Shown here one piece after another: positions 9,762 through 18,246 of a stretch of DNA of 32,000 nucleotides. The stretch is from the NCBI GenBank assembly GCA_016931175.1, contig JAFGFH010000013.1, positions 13,486 to 45,485 of the forward strand, in the 5' to 3' direction. A model generated the notes under the pieces. That model searched no databases. It was not told where the DNA came from and saw only the letters and a list, made by a program, of their open reading frames with translations. A program made the position numbers and the translations under genes. This DNA comes from Nanobdellota archaeon. Its GTDB lineage: Archaea; Nanobdellota; Nanobdellia; Tiddalikarchaeales; Tiddalikarchaeaceae. Each line of letters opens with the position of its first letter. Position 1 is the stretch's first letter.

Positions 9762-10045
9762 TAACTCACAAATTGCACGTTAAGGGCAAGGAATTAGTAC
9801 TAGCAGCTTGTGATGAGGATTTAATAGGCAAAACACTGCACGCAGTTAACGGTGCTGAAATATTCATCAACCCATCCTTTTACAAGGGCGAGCACGTTAG
9901 CGCGGATAAACTGGTTGAACTAGTTCGTGAGGCAACAATAGTCAACCTTTTCGGAAAAGAAACCCTGAACGCGGTAAAGAGCTTAAACTTGAATGTTTTA
10001 AACATTGGAGGAGTGCCTCACAGCCAAGTATTTAAAATACTTTAA
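9758..10045 (+). CDS. DUF424-family protein
   Basis: MITHKLHVKGKELVLAACDEDLIGKTLHAVNGAEIFINPSFYKGE... resembles archaeal DUF424. ATG 9758 overlaps the aIF2-beta TGA (ATGA), so this start is preferred to the track's 9722. Confidence 0.75.
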   Translation: MITHKLHVKGKELVLAACDEDLIGKTLHAVNGAEIFINPSFYKGEHVSADKLVELVREATIVNLFGKETLNAVKSLNLNVLNIGGVPHSQVFKIL

Positions 10046-10089
10046 AAAAGCAAATTTTTTTAAATAAGTTTCTTTCTAAGTCTTGATTT

Positions 10090-11316
10090 ATGGAAGAGAG
10101 TAGCCAATATTTAGTAACTATTGAACAAATCAATGCTTACAGGAGCTTGGTTAGTGAAGCTGTTAAGATAGCTAGGAAGAGAGAATTAGAAGATTTAAGT
10201 GACGAGTTAGATTTTAATAATTCAATAGGTGATTATTCTCTAACTGAAATTAATAACACGAGCAAAAGATTAATATACTTAACTAAGGTTGCAGAGCTGG
10301 CTAAGGACTACTTGAACCTTGAAGAAAAGAAGATACTCTTAGGAGGTAATGTCTTCAGCAATTATGTTCCAACACCTGAAGATTTGAATAATCCTATAAA
10401 CTTCTTGTTTAAAATAACAGAGGTTTTCTTTTCAAAAGAAGATGACCAGTACAAATTCTTCTCATTACTAATTGGGGATAAAATTAATGACTATCATTCT
10501 TTAAGAAGAGAATATAAAGATATTAAACATAACGAATTCATTGACAGATTAGACTATTTTATATCAAATATTAACATTGCACTTGCGAAAAAAGAAGTAT
10601 TTGACAACAATAGTATTGAAAATGTGTTATTAAAAGAAGAAGATATAGAAGAGATAATTAAAACCATTAAAGAGTATCAAAACACTCACTCTAATCTTCT
10701 TGATGAGAATAAAATAGATATGGAATCATTCAATCAGTCACTGTTTGACGCAAGCTTTGAAGAAAAGTATGGAAGATTAATCAATGGTTCATTCATTGAA
10801 GAATATAGAAGCAAACTAGTTGAATTTAAACAGAGGTTCAGCGAGATTAAAGACTTATTTGAAAAGAAAGAGGCAGCTAGTGAAGAGCTTCTGAAAGAGT
10901 TCTGCACCTCTTTATTAAAGGCGTACAAACCCTTGCACAAGATTGCGAAATCAGCAGTTAAGGAATTTGAAAAGATGGAGAAAACAGATAGAGAACTTAT
11001 TGCTCTATTCTCAAACATAAGCCAGGAGATATCAGACCACTTAAAGAATAGTTTTGAGAGCAGCTGGGTTCCTTTAAAGAATGAGTTATTTCTAAGAGTT
11101 ATTGATAACTACGAGTCTTTAAAGAAGGAGAAGGCGTCAGGCAATATTCTGAAAAGCTCTTTCATACCGAACTTGAAAGATTATGATAAGGGTTACACTT
11201 TCTTAGCAGAAGAGGGCATGAAGCAAATATTGTCCAGCTGGAATCTAGTAAAAGATAATAAGAGTAGTTTAAAGAAGCGCTTAAAAGGTTTGAAGAAGGT
11301 GCTTAGTAAAGCCTGA
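10090..11316 (+). CDS. Hypothetical 408-aa coiled-coil/helical protein
   Basis: Long intact ORF rich in Lys/Glu/Leu, preceded by a TATA-like tract (tttttttaaataagt). Confidence 0.7.
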   Translation: MEESSQYLVTIEQINAYRSLVSEAVKIARKRELEDLSDELDFNNSIGDYSLTEINNTSKRLIYLTKVAELAKDYLNLEEKKILLGGNVFSNYVPTPEDLNNPINFLFKITEVFFSKEDDQYKFFSLLIGDKINDYHSLRREYKDIKHNEFIDRLDYFISNINIALAKKEVFDNNSIENVLLKEEDIEEIIKTIKEYQNTHSNLLDENKIDMESFNQSLFDASFEEKYGRLINGSFIEEYRSKLVEFKQRFSEIKDLFEKKEAASEELLKEFCTSLLKAYKPLHKIAKSAVKEFEKMEKTDRELIALFSNISQEISDHLKNSFESSWVPLKNELFLRVIDNYESLKKEKASGNILKSSFIPNLKDYDKGYTFLAEEGMKQILSSWNLVKDNKSSLKKRLKGLKKVLSKA

Positions 11317-11476
11317 GATTAGAACTGTATGAATTATTCAAGTACTTGCTTCTAGGCATGTAAAGATTGCCAAGGATTCTGTAATTAAAATCAGAACCGT
11401 AAGTAACAAGATGAAACTTCGCATTTGACATCTCATAATTTATTAATCCCATGAATTAACTAAGTAATTATTAATC

Positions 11477-11914
11477 CTATAAATCTTTCGATTTAATAAA
11501 TTCGTCAACTATTCTCGCCTTATCTAATCTGCTGCATTCAGCGTAAGCGTCTGATTGCGCGCCTAGTTTAAGGCAGGGGAAGCCATTAATCACTGCAACC
11601 TCTCCGCCTCTTTTAAGATAACAGCCGTGCGGGAACTCTGCACAGAACTCAACCTTTACCCCGTTGATACTAACATGCAATGATTCACGGTCTTTATCCT
11701 TCGCAAGCCCATTGTTTACTATCCCGTAATCCTTAAACAATTCCATAACCTTATTCTTATCATTGTAACTAATTATAACATCAATATCATTTGGTTCAAC
11801 GTTCATGCCTTGAAGCAGTAATGAAACGCTTCCGCCAATAAACCATTTAATACTTATACTGTTTAATCTGTCTTTAACCAGATTCAATACCTTAATAAAA
11901 CCTTCACTTACCAT
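11477..11914 (-). CDS. Minimal nucleotidyltransferase-fold protein
   Basis: WFIGGSVSLLLQGMNVEPNDIDVII is the GG/GS...DIDV pattern of Pol-beta-type nucleotidyltransferases. Confidence 0.7.
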   Translation of the reverse strand: MVSEGFIKVLNLVKDRLNSISIKWFIGGSVSLLLQGMNVEPNDIDVIISYNDKNKVMELFKDYGIVNNGLAKDKDRESLHVSINGVKVEFCAEFPHGCYLKRGGEVAVINGFPCLKLGAQSDAYAECSRLDKARIVDEFIKSKDL

Positions 11915-12429
11915 GGTTCTTTCTTAAAACCTAATTTGTACCCGATTATGCTCGCACTGCGGTGCACTAAGGGTGTTATTAAAAGCGCTAATACGAAGCT
12001 CCAAATATTATACGGCACGAAGAACCAAGCGATTAAGAAGGCACCGGTTATGAAATCAAGCATGTCCAGTAATCCCGCGTTCTGCCCTCTTTTCATCTTC
12101 AAACGCCTCTTTATGAAACTTCCCACCGAGTCTCCAATCATGGCGCCGACTCCAATAAAGAAGAAAGCGATTGGAGGAATATTAAGGAACCCGTCGTAAT
12201 TAATGCTGGAAATGATTTGAAGCTCTAATAAACCCGTAAAGTAAGCTATTATTGAAGCAAAGACGAAGCCTTCAATAGTCTTGCCGTCGCCAAGAATCCT
12301 CTCTCCTTTAATCTTTAGATTAAAATCAATAGGGTGCTTTTTTAATTTTATAAGAAAAGGAGGCGAACCGTTAGCAACATAAGCAGGAACAGCTATTTGA
12401 AGCATTTGAACTATTATTTCAATCAGCAT
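11908..12429 (-). CDS. carS: CDP-archaeol synthase (CTP:2,3-di-O-geranylgeranyl-sn-glycerol-1-phosphate cytidyltransferase)
   Basis: YVANGSPPFLIK, ILGDGKTIEGF, GAMIGDSVGSFIKRRLKMKRGQNAGLLDMLDF are CarS signatures; multi-TM. Confidence 0.93.
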   Translation of the reverse strand: MLIEIIVQMLQIAVPAYVANGSPPFLIKLKKHPIDFNLKIKGERILGDGKTIEGFVFASIIAYFTGLLELQIISSINYDGFLNIPPIAFFFIGVGAMIGDSVGSFIKRRLKMKRGQNAGLLDMLDFITGAFLIAWFFVPYNIWSFVLALLITPLVHRSASIIGYKLGFKKEPW

Positions 12430-12482
12430 ACTAATTGAATTAGTAGTTAGGTTTTTAAAAAGACTGTTGTTTTCTTATTCTT

Positions 12483-13061
12483 ATGAATTTGCTTAAAAGG
12501 GTTAAAAAACTTTTTCATAAAGCAGTTGAGCCGTTAATTAAGGTGCTTGTTAGATTAAAAATTACTCCAAACATGGTTTCAACATCTTCACTATTCTTTC
12601 TCGCAGTAACGGTTTACTTCATAATTAACAAGAACACTATTGCTGCAGGTTTAATGCTTGCAATTACTTCAATCGTTGACGCTTTAGACGGTGCTGTAGC
12701 TAAAAAAGTGGGAAGCACCCGGTTCGGAGACTTCTACGACGCCTTCCTTGACAGAATCGTTGAGGGAATAGTTTACGTAGTAATCGCTTACACTTACCCA
12801 AGCATTTACTTAATCTGTTTCATAGCGTTCGGCCTGTCTTACATGACTAGTTACGTAGCAGCAAGGGCTGAGGTTTGGACTATAGGTGTTAAGATTAAAT
12901 ACTTAGGCATAGGAGGCAGGCCGGGCAGATTATTAGTGTTAATACTGTCATTCATGCTGGACAAGATAGAATTAGGACTCTACATAATAAGCTTTTTTGC
13001 ACTCATAACAGTTATTGGAAGAAGCATAGTAACACTTAGAATATTATCAAAGAAGAATTAA
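12483..13061 (+). CDS. CDP-alcohol phosphatidyltransferase, archaetidylinositol-phosphate synthase-like
   Basis: Motif DALDGAVAKKVGSTRFGDFYDAFLDR (canonical D-x2-D-G-x2-A-R...G-x3-D-x3-D, here with A-K). Confidence 0.88.
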   Translation: MNLLKRVKKLFHKAVEPLIKVLVRLKITPNMVSTSSLFFLAVTVYFIINKNTIAAGLMLAITSIVDALDGAVAKKVGSTRFGDFYDAFLDRIVEGIVYVVIAYTYPSIYLICFIAFGLSYMTSYVAARAEVWTIGVKIKYLGIGGRPGRLLVLILSFMLDKIELGLYIISFFALITVIGRSIVTLRILSKKN

Positions 13062-13063
13062 TA

Positions 13064-13777
13064 TTATTTCTGGAAGAAGACCAAGTCATCAGTTGTTAAC
13101 TTCTTCTTCTGCTTTAATTTCTCAAGAACCTCTTCCTGCCTCTTCTGAATAATAATCCTCTCCTTGTTCTTAAAAGAATCAGACTTTCTTTTTGCAATGC
13201 TTTCCAAACGCTTCCTCTCACTCTCAGCGTCCTTTAACAACTTGCTTACACTGCTGCCTTCTTTCTTAAATTTTTTAATCTCTTTCTGAACAAGCGACAT
13301 CTTCTTGCTTATCTCATTGCTCTCATCTGCTTTTTTAATAACACTCTCATGAAGCTTGTTATGATTCATGCGCGCAGCTTCTAAGTCCTTAACTAATTTT
13401 TTAATGCTGGAAAAAGCCTTATTGCTTTCTTTAGCAAAGTCTAACTTCTTCCTAAGTTCTTTAATCTCCTTCATCAAAGCCTCTTCTTTCTTAATAGATA
13501 ATACGTTTATTTGAAAAAACCATTCCTTTTTATTAATCAAATTCTGCAAATCCCTGACATCTTCTCTGTTTATCTTATTTTTAACACTGCTTAACTGGTT
13601 TATTTCTTTAATAATAGCCCTAATATTATTGACGGCTTCCTGCCTCTTACTTTTTAATAATTTAACCTCTTCGTTAATCTTATCCCTTTCTCTCTTAAAC
13701 TTGTTAAATATGTTAATATTATTCACAATCTCGGTTCTTATCTTTGCATTCTCGCGCCTTAATTTAATAACATCCAT
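13064..13777 (-). CDS. Archaeal coiled-coil protein (COG1340-like)
   Basis: 237 aa, almost wholly charged heptad-like helix (LRRENAKIRTEIVNNINIFNKFKRERDKINEEVKLLKSKRQEA...). Confidence 0.6.
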   Translation of the reverse strand: MDVIKLRRENAKIRTEIVNNINIFNKFKRERDKINEEVKLLKSKRQEAVNNIRAIIKEINQLSSVKNKINREDVRDLQNLINKKEWFFQINVLSIKKEEALMKEIKELRKKLDFAKESNKAFSSIKKLVKDLEAARMNHNKLHESVIKKADESNEISKKMSLVQKEIKKFKKEGSSVSKLLKDAESERKRLESIAKRKSDSFKNKERIIIQKRQEEVLEKLKQKKKLTTDDLVFFQK

Positions 13778-13812
13778 AAGTATTATAAGACTACGAGCCT
13801 TTTTTAATACTT

Positions 13813-13956
13813 ATGGCTCTTAAGAGATTAATAAGGGATTTAATTTTTGTTTATATCGCATTTGCGCTAATAAGCACTGGAAGTCTTAATCTTAGTATTT
13901 ACGGCATAATCATGGTTTTCTTCACATTCTATTTCTACTTAGGACCTAAGAACTGA
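13813..13956 (+). CDS. 47-aa predicted membrane protein
   Basis: Own translation: MALKRLIRDLIFVYIAFALISTGSLNLSIYGIIMVFFTFYFYLGPKN*. Not in the supplied ORF track. Lies 35 nt upstream of the AI-2E family gene. Confidence 0.5.
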   Translation: MALKRLIRDLIFVYIAFALISTGSLNLSIYGIIMVFFTFYFYLGPKN

Positions 13957-13991
13957 ATAATTCTTAAATCACGAATTATTAGGTTTGTAAT

Positions 13992-14933
13992 ATGAAATTC
14001 AGCACTTTAATACTTATTATAATACTAATTTTCGCGCTTTATCTAATAATGCCTTTTATGCAGATAATTATTGGAAGCTTACTAATCGCGTTCTTGATAG
14101 AACCTTTAAGCCACAGAATAACCAAGATAATAAAGAATGAAAAGATTTCTTATTTTATACTAACAATATTGTCCGTTTTATTATTTTCATTCCTATTCTA
14201 TTTAATAACCCGCATGACTATAATAAGCTTGATTGAACTGCAGTCAATACTTGACTCTAACTTAATCTTCTTGAACAATTTCATATCAAACTATGGTGAT
14301 GATTTAATCTTCCAATCCACTCCCACGAATTTTATAAACTTCATAGAAGCACTATTCTTTAACACTCCTAAAACACTCCTCGACCTGCTGCTTTTAACAT
14401 TCCTAGTTTTTTACATGCTTAACGATTCGCACAGGTTAAAAAACTGGTTAGGCAGGAAAGTCTTAAGCAGGAAAGAGTTTGAACTGCTTGAAAAATTCAT
14501 TAAGAGAGCGAATTATATACTTAACAATTTCATATGGAGTTACTTATTCGTAGCTTTAATTATGGGGGTTATAATCTTCGTTTGCATAAGTTTTTTACAA
14601 ATAGGTTACGCGGTAGAAGTAGCAACCATTGCAATGATTATAACTTTCCTTCCTGTAATAAGCGGTTGGTTAGTGCCGTTCTTATTAAGCATTTATTACT
14701 ATTTCAAAGACGATTTTTTTAAATCAACTATTATCTTCATAGTTTCAGTAATACTATTATTCATTGACCACTATTTTGACAAGATTTTCAGGGATGAGAA
14801 AGGAATCCACCCAATTGTCTTAATATTCGGATTAGTATCAGGCTTTTTGTCGCTTGGAATATTCGGGTTCATAGCAGGCCCAGTACTTGCAGGATTAGTT
14901 CAAGCAGGTTACGAGGTCACATTCGAGAGATAG
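13992..14933 (+). CDS. AI-2E family (PerM/YdiK-like) transporter
   Basis: 313 aa multi-TM protein; LPVISGWLVPF, HPIVLIFGLVSGFLSLGIFGFIAGPVLAGLV match the family C-terminus. Confidence 0.85.
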   Translation: MKFSTLILIIILIFALYLIMPFMQIIIGSLLIAFLIEPLSHRITKIIKNEKISYFILTILSVLLFSFLFYLITRMTIISLIELQSILDSNLIFLNNFISNYGDDLIFQSTPTNFINFIEALFFNTPKTLLDLLLLTFLVFYMLNDSHRLKNWLGRKVLSRKEFELLEKFIKRANYILNNFIWSYLFVALIMGVIIFVCISFLQIGYAVEVATIAMIITFLPVISGWLVPFLLSIYYYFKDDFFKSTIIFIVSVILLFIDHYFDKIFRDEKGIHPIVLIFGLVSGFLSLGIFGFIAGPVLAGLVQAGYEVTFER

Positions 14934-15117
14934 AGATTGCTTTAAAAGGGCATGCGAGCATGGCTTTCTCATTACAGCCAAGAGAGTTAACCTTAACCCT
15001 GATAACGTGAGCCTTATTATCCTCAAGAATCCTCCAATTACTAGGGCATAATTTAGAGCATAATCCTCCGCAAACACCCGCCTTGCACTTCTCCCTGTTA
15101 ATCTTAATCTTGTACAT
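14917..15117 (-). CDS. Small ferredoxin-like protein
   Basis: MYKIKINREKCKAGVCGGLCSKLCPSNWRILEDNKAHVIRV...LGCNEKAMLACPFKAISISRM; layout resembles mono-cluster [4Fe-4S] ferredoxins. Confidence 0.8.
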   Translation of the reverse strand: MYKIKINREKCKAGVCGGLCSKLCPSNWRILEDNKAHVIRVKVNSLGCNEKAMLACPFKAISISRM

Positions 15118-15119
15118 GA

Positions 15120-16055
15120 TTATTCCTTACCGAGAATTACTAAGTTATAAGTCTTTTTAATCAAAGGAGTGTTAAGCTTGTACTTGTTAATAATAGGCAT
15201 TACTACATTTAAAGCAGTTAATCCTTCAACAACCTGCCCTACCTTCTTAACAGCTTCTTCCTTGCTAACTTTTTTCCCTATTAATTCACCAAATCTCCTG
15301 TTCCTGCTGTGAACACTCGTGCAAGTAACAACCAAGTCGCCCAGCCCTGCTAACCCGTAAACGGTTTCAGCTTCTCCGCCAAATTTTGTAATAATTAATC
15401 TTAACTCGTCCAATCCTTTTGATACCAAACCTGCTTTACTATTACTGCTCTTGCCTAAACCGTCGCTGATTCCTGCGAGTATTGCAATAATATTCTTAAG
15501 AGCGCCGCATAATTCCACTCCTGCAACATCGTTTGATGAACTAATATTATAATAACTGGTTTCAAACGCTTCCTTAACCCTGATAAGACTCTTATTGTTT
15601 TTGGAAGCAAAGACTACGAAGGTGTCCTGCTTCTTTCCTAATTCATTGGCAATACTCGGGCCGCCAATAACAACAAAGGGGTTGTTAAAATACTCATTCA
15701 ATACTTCACTCACTCTCTTATTAGAGCCCTGCTCTAAGCCCTTGGCAGCGCTCACAACTATTGCTTTATTAGGCATTAATTCACTGCACTGCTTGGCAAC
15801 CTTCCTAATAACTTGTGAAGGCAATGCGAACACTATAATATCTGCTCTTTCAAGAGCCGTCTTCAAGTCAAGAGTTGCACTAACATCCCCCTTTAATACG
15901 ACTCCTTTCAAGTATTTCGAATTCAACTTTTTTTCATTAATCTCTTCAACAACGCTTGACTCAATACTCCAAAATATTACACTACTCTTATTCTCTAATG
16001 CTGGTACTGCGAGTGCAGTGCCCATGTTGCCAGCGCCGAGTATAGCAATCCTCAC
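15120..16055 (-). CDS. gpsA: NAD(P)H-dependent glycerol-3-phosphate dehydrogenase
   Basis: MRIAILGAGNMGTALAVPALENK, FALPSQVIRKV, VVIGGPSIANEL, VELCGALKNIIAILAGISDGLGKSSNSKAGLVSKGLDEL, GLAGLGDLVVTCTSVHSRNRRFG. GTG start, preceded by AAGGAG. Confidence 0.96.
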   Translation of the reverse strand: MRIAILGAGNMGTALAVPALENKSSVIFWSIESSVVEEINEKKLNSKYLKGVVLKGDVSATLDLKTALERADIIVFALPSQVIRKVAKQCSELMPNKAIVVSAAKGLEQGSNKRVSEVLNEYFNNPFVVIGGPSIANELGKKQDTFVVFASKNNKSLIRVKEAFETSYYNISSSNDVAGVELCGALKNIIAILAGISDGLGKSSNSKAGLVSKGLDELRLIITKFGGEAETVYGLAGLGDLVVTCTSVHSRNRRFGELIGKKVSKEEAVKKVGQVVEGLTALNVVMPIINKYKLNTPLIKKTYNLVILGKE

Positions 16056-17377
16056 TTTATCAGCTCCTTAACATTATATATTGTAATCGTGTTCGTAGTA
16101 TTTTTAATGAACAGTCCTGCAACGAATACTACAAAATCGTTTATCTTAACAAGTTTCTTCTTTAAGCAGAGCTTAGTAGCTTCTTTTATGTCATACTTGT
16201 CAAGCTTCTTATAATATAAGGGTTTTATGCCATAACTTATCATTAACTGCCTAGCAATTAATTCATTATTAGTGAAAGCTATTAAAACCCGTTCTGGTTT
16301 AAACCTGCTAAGCATCCTGGCCGTGTAACCGCTCCTAGTTAAGCATATTATCCTCGCGTTCATCTCTTCTGAGAGTTTGAAAGCGTTGCTCGTTACGGCA
16401 TCAACTATGTTGTAACCGCTGGACTCGAACAACTTCTTATACTCGCTTTTTTCCGTGTTAATGCATATGCTGTTCATTTTCTGAACAACGAGTGAGGGAT
16501 AACTGCCTATGCTTGTCTCTCCTGAAAGCATTACAGCATCAGCACCGTCAAGGATAGCATTAGCAACGTCGCTGGTTTCAGCCCTTGTAGGAGTAGTATT
16601 GCTTATCATTGACTCCATCATTTGAGTCGCGACTATAACAGGCACTCCAATCGTGTTGCAGTCATTTATTATCTGCTTCTGAAGCAAGGGTATCTTCTCG
16701 CTTGGAAGCTCCACGCCTAAGTCTCCTCTTGCTATCATTACAGCATCAGCGCTTCGCATTATCTCCTTATACTTTTTGCTGCCTTCCTTGTTCTCAATCT
16801 TTGCAATTATCTTAATTCCAGACTTGCCTAATTTTTTCCTAACTAGTTCAACATCTTCTTTGCTGCGAGTATAAGACAATGATATGAAGTCTGCTTTCTT
16901 CTTAACAGCGTATTTTAAGACTTCTTCATCTTTCCGCGTTAGTATTGGCAGATGAATATTAGTTTTCTTAAAAACAATGCTCTTATTCTTCACCAGCTGC
17001 CCGCTGCCGTAAAGTCTAACAATTAAGCTCTTACTTTTGACTTTCACAACCTTGCCAGTTGTTAAACCATCGTTCAAAACAATCTTAAGCCCAGGCTTTA
17101 ATTGCTTGTAAATATTAACAGATAAGAATATTTCAACATCTTCATTACTGAACTTGAAGTCATCATTAACTACTCTAATTTCAGGCCCTTCCGTATCCAG
17201 CATTATAGGCAGGTTGCAGGAACTCCTGATATTCTTAATAATCTCATCATATTGTTTGAAATCACCGTATGAAGTGTTTATCCTGCAAGCATTCATCCCA
17301 TTATTACACATTCTTTTAATAGTATTAGAATTTAAACTAGCAGGGCCGATAGTGCATATTATCTTAGTCTTCTTCAC
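16052..17377 (-). CDS. pyk: Pyruvate kinase
   Basis: TKIICTIGPASLN, MNACRINTSYG, ADAVMIARGDLGVELPSEKIPLLQKQII, VATQMMESMI, TRAETSDVANAILDGADAVMLSGETSIGSYP. Confidence 0.97.
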   Translation of the reverse strand: MKKTKIICTIGPASLNSNTIKRMCNNGMNACRINTSYGDFKQYDEIIKNIRSSCNLPIMLDTEGPEIRVVNDDFKFSNEDVEIFLSVNIYKQLKPGLKIVLNDGLTTGKVVKVKSKSLIVRLYGSGQLVKNKSIVFKKTNIHLPILTRKDEEVLKYAVKKKADFISLSYTRSKEDVELVRKKLGKSGIKIIAKIENKEGSKKYKEIMRSADAVMIARGDLGVELPSEKIPLLQKQIINDCNTIGVPVIVATQMMESMISNTTPTRAETSDVANAILDGADAVMLSGETSIGSYPSLVVQKMNSICINTEKSEYKKLFESSGYNIVDAVTSNAFKLSEEMNARIICLTRSGYTARMLSRFKPERVLIAFTNNELIARQLMISYGIKPLYYKKLDKYDIKEATKLCLKKKLVKINDFVVFVAGLFIKNTTNTITIYNVKELIK

Positions 17378-18219
17378 TTTCTTCCCTCCTTGATTATACT
17401 CGCAGCAGCAACTACTCCTTTGCTTACAGCAGTGCTTACCTGACCTAAACCTTTAGTGCAGTCCCCTGCAGCCCAGACGAAAGGAACATTAGTTTTCATA
17501 TCCTCATCAGCCTTAACTTTGTCTGCCTCAATTATTACACCAAGCATCTTGGCCAAATCATTAGCTGAAGCGTTCCCTGCAGCAATGAATAAACCGTCAA
17601 CCTTAACTGTTCCTTTGCTTGTCTTAACAGAGTCAACGAGTTTCTCACCCATTATCTTCTCAATCTTATACTCTTCAATTTTGAATTTTTTTGTTTTGAA
17701 CTCCGGCTTCTTCCCGTTAGTGACAATAGTAACATCTTTTGTATAATCCAGCAAATCCTCTGCCTCGGCTAGTGCGAAACTAGTATTTCCTACAACGAAT
17801 ACTTTCTTGTTCTTGAAAAAGAAACCGTCGCACGAGACGCAGTAACTCACTCCTTTGCCGACGTAGTTTTTCTCGTTGCTAATCTCTGACATCTTCTTAG
17901 CACTCCCGGTTGCTATTATTAAATTCTTACAATCGTAATTCTTTTCAGAAAAGACTTTGAAGCTTTCATCTTCTGCTTCCACCTTCGTAACTAATCCGTT
18001 AATCACCTTAGCACCGAAGCCTTCAGCCTGCTTCTGCCCTTTTTCCATAAGTTTCCTGCCAGTAATCTCACCCGCAGCGAAGAAGTTGTTAATCTTAACA
18101 CTATCCTTCCAAATCTGATTCTCTTCACCAATAACCAATACTTTTCTGCCCGCCCTGCACAAGTAAATCGCAGCACTTAAACCAGCAGGACCCCTGCCAA
18201 TAATAATCACATCATACAT
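17374..18219 (-). CDS. trxB: Thioredoxin reductase-like FAD/NAD(P)-dependent oxidoreductase
   Basis: IIGRGPAGLSAAIYLCRAG, CVSCDGFFFKNKKVFVVG, VPFVWAAGDCTKG...QVSTAVSKGVVAA. Confidence 0.93.
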   Translation of the reverse strand: MYDVIIIGRGPAGLSAAIYLCRAGRKVLVIGEENQIWKDSVKINNFFAAGEITGRKLMEKGQKQAEGFGAKVINGLVTKVEAEDESFKVFSEKNYDCKNLIIATGSAKKMSEISNEKNYVGKGVSYCVSCDGFFFKNKKVFVVGNTSFALAEAEDLLDYTKDVTIVTNGKKPEFKTKKFKIEEYKIEKIMGEKLVDSVKTSKGTVKVDGLFIAAGNASANDLAKMLGVIIEADKVKADEDMKTNVPFVWAAGDCTKGLGQVSTAVSKGVVAAASIIKEGRK

Positions 18220-18246
18220 GACTTATTAGAAGGTGCTAAGCTTTTT

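Noticed and set aside
11317-11476. 160-bp gap with a weak inverted repeat (ggattctg...cagaacc, ~11374-11398) considered as a terminator or small RNA
   Set aside because: Stem of ~7 pairs with a mismatch and a 10-nt AT loop; no C/D or H/ACA boxes or tRNA fold I can support.
15595-16071. 158-aa plus-strand ORF antisense to gpsA
   Set aside because: Low-complexity Ser/Thr/Leu-rich translation mirroring the highly conserved gpsA coding strand; overlap fully explained by gpsA.
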